From the NCBI RefSeq assembly GCF_900187275.1, contig NZ_LT906458.1:660001-692000 (forward strand): a stretch of 32,000 nucleotides of DNA, given 5' to 3'. The DNA comes from Pasteurella multocida. GTDB lineage: Bacteria; Pseudomonadota; Gammaproteobacteria; Enterobacterales; Pasteurellaceae. The notes under the pieces are model-generated. The model searched no databases and was not told where the DNA came from. It worked only from the letters and a program-made list of their open reading frames with translations. This document shows positions 28,779 to 32,000 of this stretch, one piece after another (the first letter of the stretch is position 1; the number at the start of each line of letters is the position of its first letter). The position numbers were made by a program, and so were the translations under genes.

Positions 28779-29429
28779 ATGAAAACATTAACATTCTATT
28801 TGATACGTCATGGTAAAACGGAGTGGAACGAAAAAAGGTTATTACAAGGAAATGGGGACTCCCCTTTGACACAAGAAGGCATTGAAGGTGCTAAGCGCAC
28901 AGCAAAAGCATTATCCAACATTGATTTCACTGCCGCCTATAGTAGCGTATTGCCCCGTGCAATTTCCACTGCAAACATGATTTTAGCGCACAAAACCACC
29001 CCATTAATTTGTCATGCAGGCTTAAATGAATTGTGTTTTGGCTCATGGGAAGGGCAAGCCATTGAGGAATTAAGTTGCTTACCGGAATACCGTCAAATGC
29101 GCGATCAACCTGCGCAGTATTTGGGGTTAACCAATGGCGGGGAAACTTATCAGCAATTAGCAACACGCGCGATGGGCGTCATTGAACAGATTATTCAACG
29201 TTATGACACTGGAAATATTCTCATTGTCTCTCATGGTCATACTTTACGTATGCTTTTGGCGTTGTTTCATGGTGCCACTTGGCAAACCCATCGAGAAAAA
29301 AGTACCAGCTTAGCGAACACGTCCATTAGCGTTGTACACTATTTACAAACTGAGAATGAAACAGGACGCTTTGTGCTTGAGAAAGTCAATAATATACAGC
29401 ATTTAACCGATTCATTCGATGAGGAATAA
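28779..29429 (+). CDS. Histidine phosphatase superfamily protein (GpmB-like)
   Basis: It has the RHG catalytic motif (LIRHGKTEWN) and the second His motif (IVSHGHTLR), and is collinear with E. coli GpmB. I prefer ATG 28779 (MKTLTF...) because it is preceded by GAGGAA. The ORF track starts 4 codons earlier. Confidence 0.85.
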   Translation: MKTLTFYLIRHGKTEWNEKRLLQGNGDSPLTQEGIEGAKRTAKALSNIDFTAAYSSVLPRAISTANMILAHKTTPLICHAGLNELCFGSWEGQAIEELSCLPEYRQMRDQPAQYLGLTNGGETYQQLATRAMGVIEQIIQRYDTGNILIVSHGHTLRMLLALFHGATWQTHREKSTSLANTSISVVHYLQTENETGRFVLEKVNNIQHLTDSFDEE

Positions 29430-29451
29430 AGGCAGAAGTCTATTCTGCCTT
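29429..29451. terminator. Hairpin between the convergent phosphatase gene (+) and folC (-)
   Basis: AAGGCAGAA (29429-29437) pairs with TTCTGCCTT (29443-29451) as a 9-bp stem with a 5-nt loop. The T-tracts are weak on both sides. Confidence 0.5.
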
Positions 29452-29459
29452 ATTGAGTA

Positions 29460-30788
29460 TTAAAGTAACTGTAAGAATTCGCCAACAGTATGGAAAGAGC
29501 CAAAGACTAAGATTACATCATGCGCTGTTGTCGTTGCCAACGCTTGTTTTACACCTAACGCCACAGAGCTCGCAGTGTTTGCATGCAGTTGATGAGATTG
29601 TCCCTGTGCAATTTGTTGCAACGTCACAAATAATGCCTGTCCGCTTTGACCTCGATACCCTTCTAATGTCACGCAATACCATTCATCAATCACCGGTAAC
29701 AAAGGAGAAAGCACGCCTTGTGCATCTTTATCTTTTAAAATGCCACAAACAGCGACGATCTTACCTGTTATTTTCGCCTTAAGTGCGGTCAGTTTCTCTG
29801 CTAAATAAAGGGCTGCATGTGGATTATGCCCCACATCAATAATCATGTGTGGAAAATCAGCCCATGGTTTCGCTAAATTTTCGGCTAAAGGGAAAAGGAC
29901 ATCTGGTTTTAAGGTTTGAAAACGCCCAACTAATTCCACTTCTTGCAAAGATTGACGAATCACCTCTTCTGAAATCTGAAAAGGCAACTGTTCAAATGTA
30001 GCGAGTGCTGTTGCGGCATTAGCGAGTGGAATTTGACAACATGGCAAATTTTTCAACCGCACTTTTTGCCCACACCAATCCCAATGCTCCGCTTGTAAAC
30101 GGAAATGCCAATCTTGATCACGACAAGAGATTTGGCATCCGAGTGACTTAGCATGCTCCAATAATCTTTGAGGAATATTAGGCTCTCCAATAATCGCTGG
30201 TTTATGTGCACGGAAAATGCCTGCTTTCTCAAACCCGATTTGTTCGCGATCTGCCCCTAAAAAATCCACATGATCAATGTCTATACTGGTAATCACCGCC
30301 ACATCACTATCAACAATATTAGTCGCGTCTAAACGTCCTCCCAATCCCACTTCTAAAATCACCACATCCAATTTCGCTTGCTTAAATAAATGCAAGGCAG
30401 AAAGGGTGCTAAACTCAAAATAGGTTAACGATTCACGTTTATGTTGTTCAATAAAGGCAAAAGAAGCCGTATGCGCTTCATCTGGCAATTCTTGGTCTTG
30501 AATACGTACGCGTTCATTATAGCGAAGCAAATGAGGGGAAGAATACACACCAACACGGTAGCCTGCCTTTAATAAAACGGTTTCCAATAAACGACACGTA
30601 GTGCCTTTACCATTAGTACCACCCACCGTGATGACAAATGGTGCGGGCGTGAGCAAATCCAGCGCCTTGGCAACCGATTTAATTCTATCTAGCCCTAAAT
30701 CAATGGCTTTAAAATGGCTGTTTTCCAAATAAGAAAGCCACTGCGCAAGAGGCGAAGTGGCTGTTAATGATACTGTAGAATTATTCAT
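29460..30788 (-). CDS. folC: Bifunctional folylpolyglutamate synthase / dihydrofolate synthase
   Basis: 442 aa with the Mur-ligase P-loop [10 protein letters not shown]. It lies immediately downstream of accD, as in E. coli. Confidence 0.9.
   Translation of the reverse strand: MNNSTVSLTATSPLAQWLSYLENSHFKAIDLGLDRIKSVAKALDLLTPAPFVITVGGTNGKGTTCRLLETVLLKAGYRVGVYSSPHLLRYNERVRIQDQELPDEAHTASFAFIEQHKRESLTYFEFSTLSALHLFKQAKLDVVILEVGLGGRLDATNIVDSDVAVITSIDIDHVDFLGADREQIGFEKAGIFRAHKPAIIGEPNIPQRLLEHAKSLGCQISCRDQDWHFRLQAEHWDWCGQKVRLKNLPCCQIPLANAATALATFEQLPFQISEEVIRQSLQEVELVGRFQTLKPDVLFPLAENLAKPWADFPHMIIDVGHNPHAALYLAEKLTALKAKITGKIVAVCGILKDKDAQGVLSPLLPVIDEWYCVTLEGYRGQSGQALFVTLQQIAQGQSHQLHANTASSVALGVKQALATTTAHDVILVFGSFHTVGEFLQLL
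29781..29789 (+). repeat. Hin-type USS core (antisense within folC)
   Basis: Exact AAGTGCGGT. Confidence 0.85.
30056..30064 (-). repeat. Hin-type USS core (within folC)
   Basis: Exact ACCGCACTT on the + strand. Confidence 0.85.
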
Positions 30789-31695
30789 TATCGCTTTTAC
30801 TTTGTTCTTCGTTTTCTACCAATTCAGGTTCCACAAAAGGCGATGGTTTATTGCTTAATTTGCTTAACACACTTGCTAACGTATGACGCATGTCAGCACG
30901 CTTCACAATCATGTCAATTGCGCCTTTTTCAAGCAAAAATTCACTACGTTGGAAACCCTCAGGTAATTTTTCACGTACAGTTTGCTCAATCACACGCGGA
31001 CCAGCAAAACCTATTAACGCTTTCGGTTCTGCGATATTAATGTCACCCAGCATCGCAAAGCTCGCAGAAACACCACCTAACGTTGGATCGGTTAATACGG
31101 AAATAAATGGCACACCTTGTTCACGCATTTTGGCTAAGACAGCACTGGTTTTTGCCATTTGCATTAAAGAGAATAAGGCTTCTTGCATACGTGCGCCACC
31201 ACTGGCAGAGAAACACACAAAAGGACAGTTCTCAGCAATCGCTTTTTCTGCTGCTTGCACAAATTTTGCGCCCACAACTGAGCCCATTGAGCCACCCATA
31301 AAGCTAAAGTTAGAGGCAGCGGCGACAATTGGCATACCGTATAAAGTGCCAAACATTGAAATTAATGCGTCTTTTTCACCCGTTTCTTTTTGTGCTGCGG
31401 AAATCCGATCTTTATATTTTTTTAAGTCTTTAAATTTTAAGATATCTTTTGGTTCAAGTTCCGCAGATAATTCTTGGCTACTGTCTTTATCTAAAAGTGC
31501 CAAAAGACGTTCTCTCGCATCAATACGCATATGATGTCCACATTTTGGACAAACTTCTAAATGACGTCTTAACTCATCACGATACAACACTTGCTCACAA
31601 GAAGTACATTTAGTCCAAACGCCCTCAGGAACGTTCGCTTTACGCGAGCTTGTGGAAGAAGTATCTTTATTAAAAATTCGATCAATCCAACTCAT
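30781..31695 (-). CDS. accD: Acetyl-CoA carboxylase carboxyltransferase beta subunit
   Basis: 304 aa with the N-terminal Zn ribbon CTSC-x15-CPKC and a carboxyltransferase domain ([17 protein letters not shown]). Its 3' end overlaps the folC start by 8 nt (ATGAATAA). Confidence 0.95.
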   Translation of the reverse strand: MSWIDRIFNKDTSSTSSRKANVPEGVWTKCTSCEQVLYRDELRRHLEVCPKCGHHMRIDARERLLALLDKDSSQELSAELEPKDILKFKDLKKYKDRISAAQKETGEKDALISMFGTLYGMPIVAAASNFSFMGGSMGSVVGAKFVQAAEKAIAENCPFVCFSASGGARMQEALFSLMQMAKTSAVLAKMREQGVPFISVLTDPTLGGVSASFAMLGDINIAEPKALIGFAGPRVIEQTVREKLPEGFQRSEFLLEKGAIDMIVKRADMRHTLASVLSKLSNKPSPFVEPELVENEEQSKSDNE

Positions 31696-31778
31696 GTTAA
31701 CCCTTTTTATTAACGAGAAAATTCGATGTATTACACCATAATTTAAGGCAATATGCTAGCAATAAAGGTCTGATGTGA

Positions 31779-32000
31779 CTAGCCTAATTCATTTTCTAAA
31801 AACAAAGGCCCTAACGCATTTTGAGGTAACTGAAATTGCGTAGGATAACTCACATTAACCAAATAAAGCCCTTCCGGTTTTGCGGTGGGTGCCGCTAATC
31901 TGCGATCTTTTTGCGCCAGCAACCACCCTATCCATTCTACAGGTTGATGACCCGCGCCGACTTCAATCAGACTGCCCACAATATTGCGCACCATGTGATG
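31779..32000 (-). CDS. truA: tRNA pseudouridine(38-40) synthase TruA, 5'-truncated by the window edge (C-terminal ~73 aa only)
   Basis: The C-terminal sequence ([15 protein letters not shown]...[22 protein letters not shown]) is typical of TruA. The frame remains open to base 32000. truA lies upstream of accD, similar to E. coli. Confidence 0.8.
   Translation of the reverse strand, partial: HHMVRNIVGSLIEVGAGHQPVEWIGWLLAQKDRRLAAPTAKPEGLYLVNVSYPTQFQLPQNALGPLFLENELG

Noticed and set aside
29453-29782. A 109-aa + strand ORF.
   Set aside because: It is antisense to the folC 3' end and begins inside the convergent terminator region. It is a shadow ORF.
30890-31534. A 214-aa ORF on the + strand, plus smaller ones at 30843-31040 and 31107-31301.
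   Set aside because: It is entirely antisense to the well-supported accD CDS. Its composition is low-complexity (Ser/Ala/Ile-rich) with no start context. This is a typical shadow ORF.

Overview
This window looks like core chromosome of a Pasteurellaceae of the Haemophilus/Aggregatibacter/Pasteurella group. The main evidence is 15 perfect Hin-type uptake signal sequence cores (AAGTGCGGT) in 32 kb, several arranged as inverted pairs that form terminators. About 40% G+C in genes is an eyeball estimate. Almost all content is housekeeping: mukB (5'-truncated), a DMT-like transporter, sbcB, a yqjD-yqjE-yqjK-like operon, topA, trpH/rnm, pyrD, pepN, purEK, aspC, moaACDE behind a likely Moco riboswitch, ybhK/yvcK-like, an NlpC/P60 lipoprotein, ihfA, pheT, pheS, a ClbS/DfsB-like protein, an RluA-family synthase, a GpmB-like phosphatase, folC, accD and truA (5'-truncated). 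I found no rRNA, tRNA, CRISPR array, transposase, integrase or recognisable defence genes. Two loci are not explained by ordinary annotation. (1) An 864-bp very AT-rich intergenic island with no ORF of 60 aa or more lies between sbcB and the yqjD-like operon. It contains a perfect 17-bp inverted repeat pair bracketing 496 bp, which could be a MITE-like element, an invertible switch or a long-range RNA stem. (2) A 159-aa signal-peptide protein of unknown family is inserted tightly between pheS and pheT in the otherwise conserved pheS-pheT-ihfA operon. Both are modest leads, not demonstrated systems. The rest of the window is ordinary. Seven ORF-track starts appear over-extended at the N-terminus and are corrected in the features.
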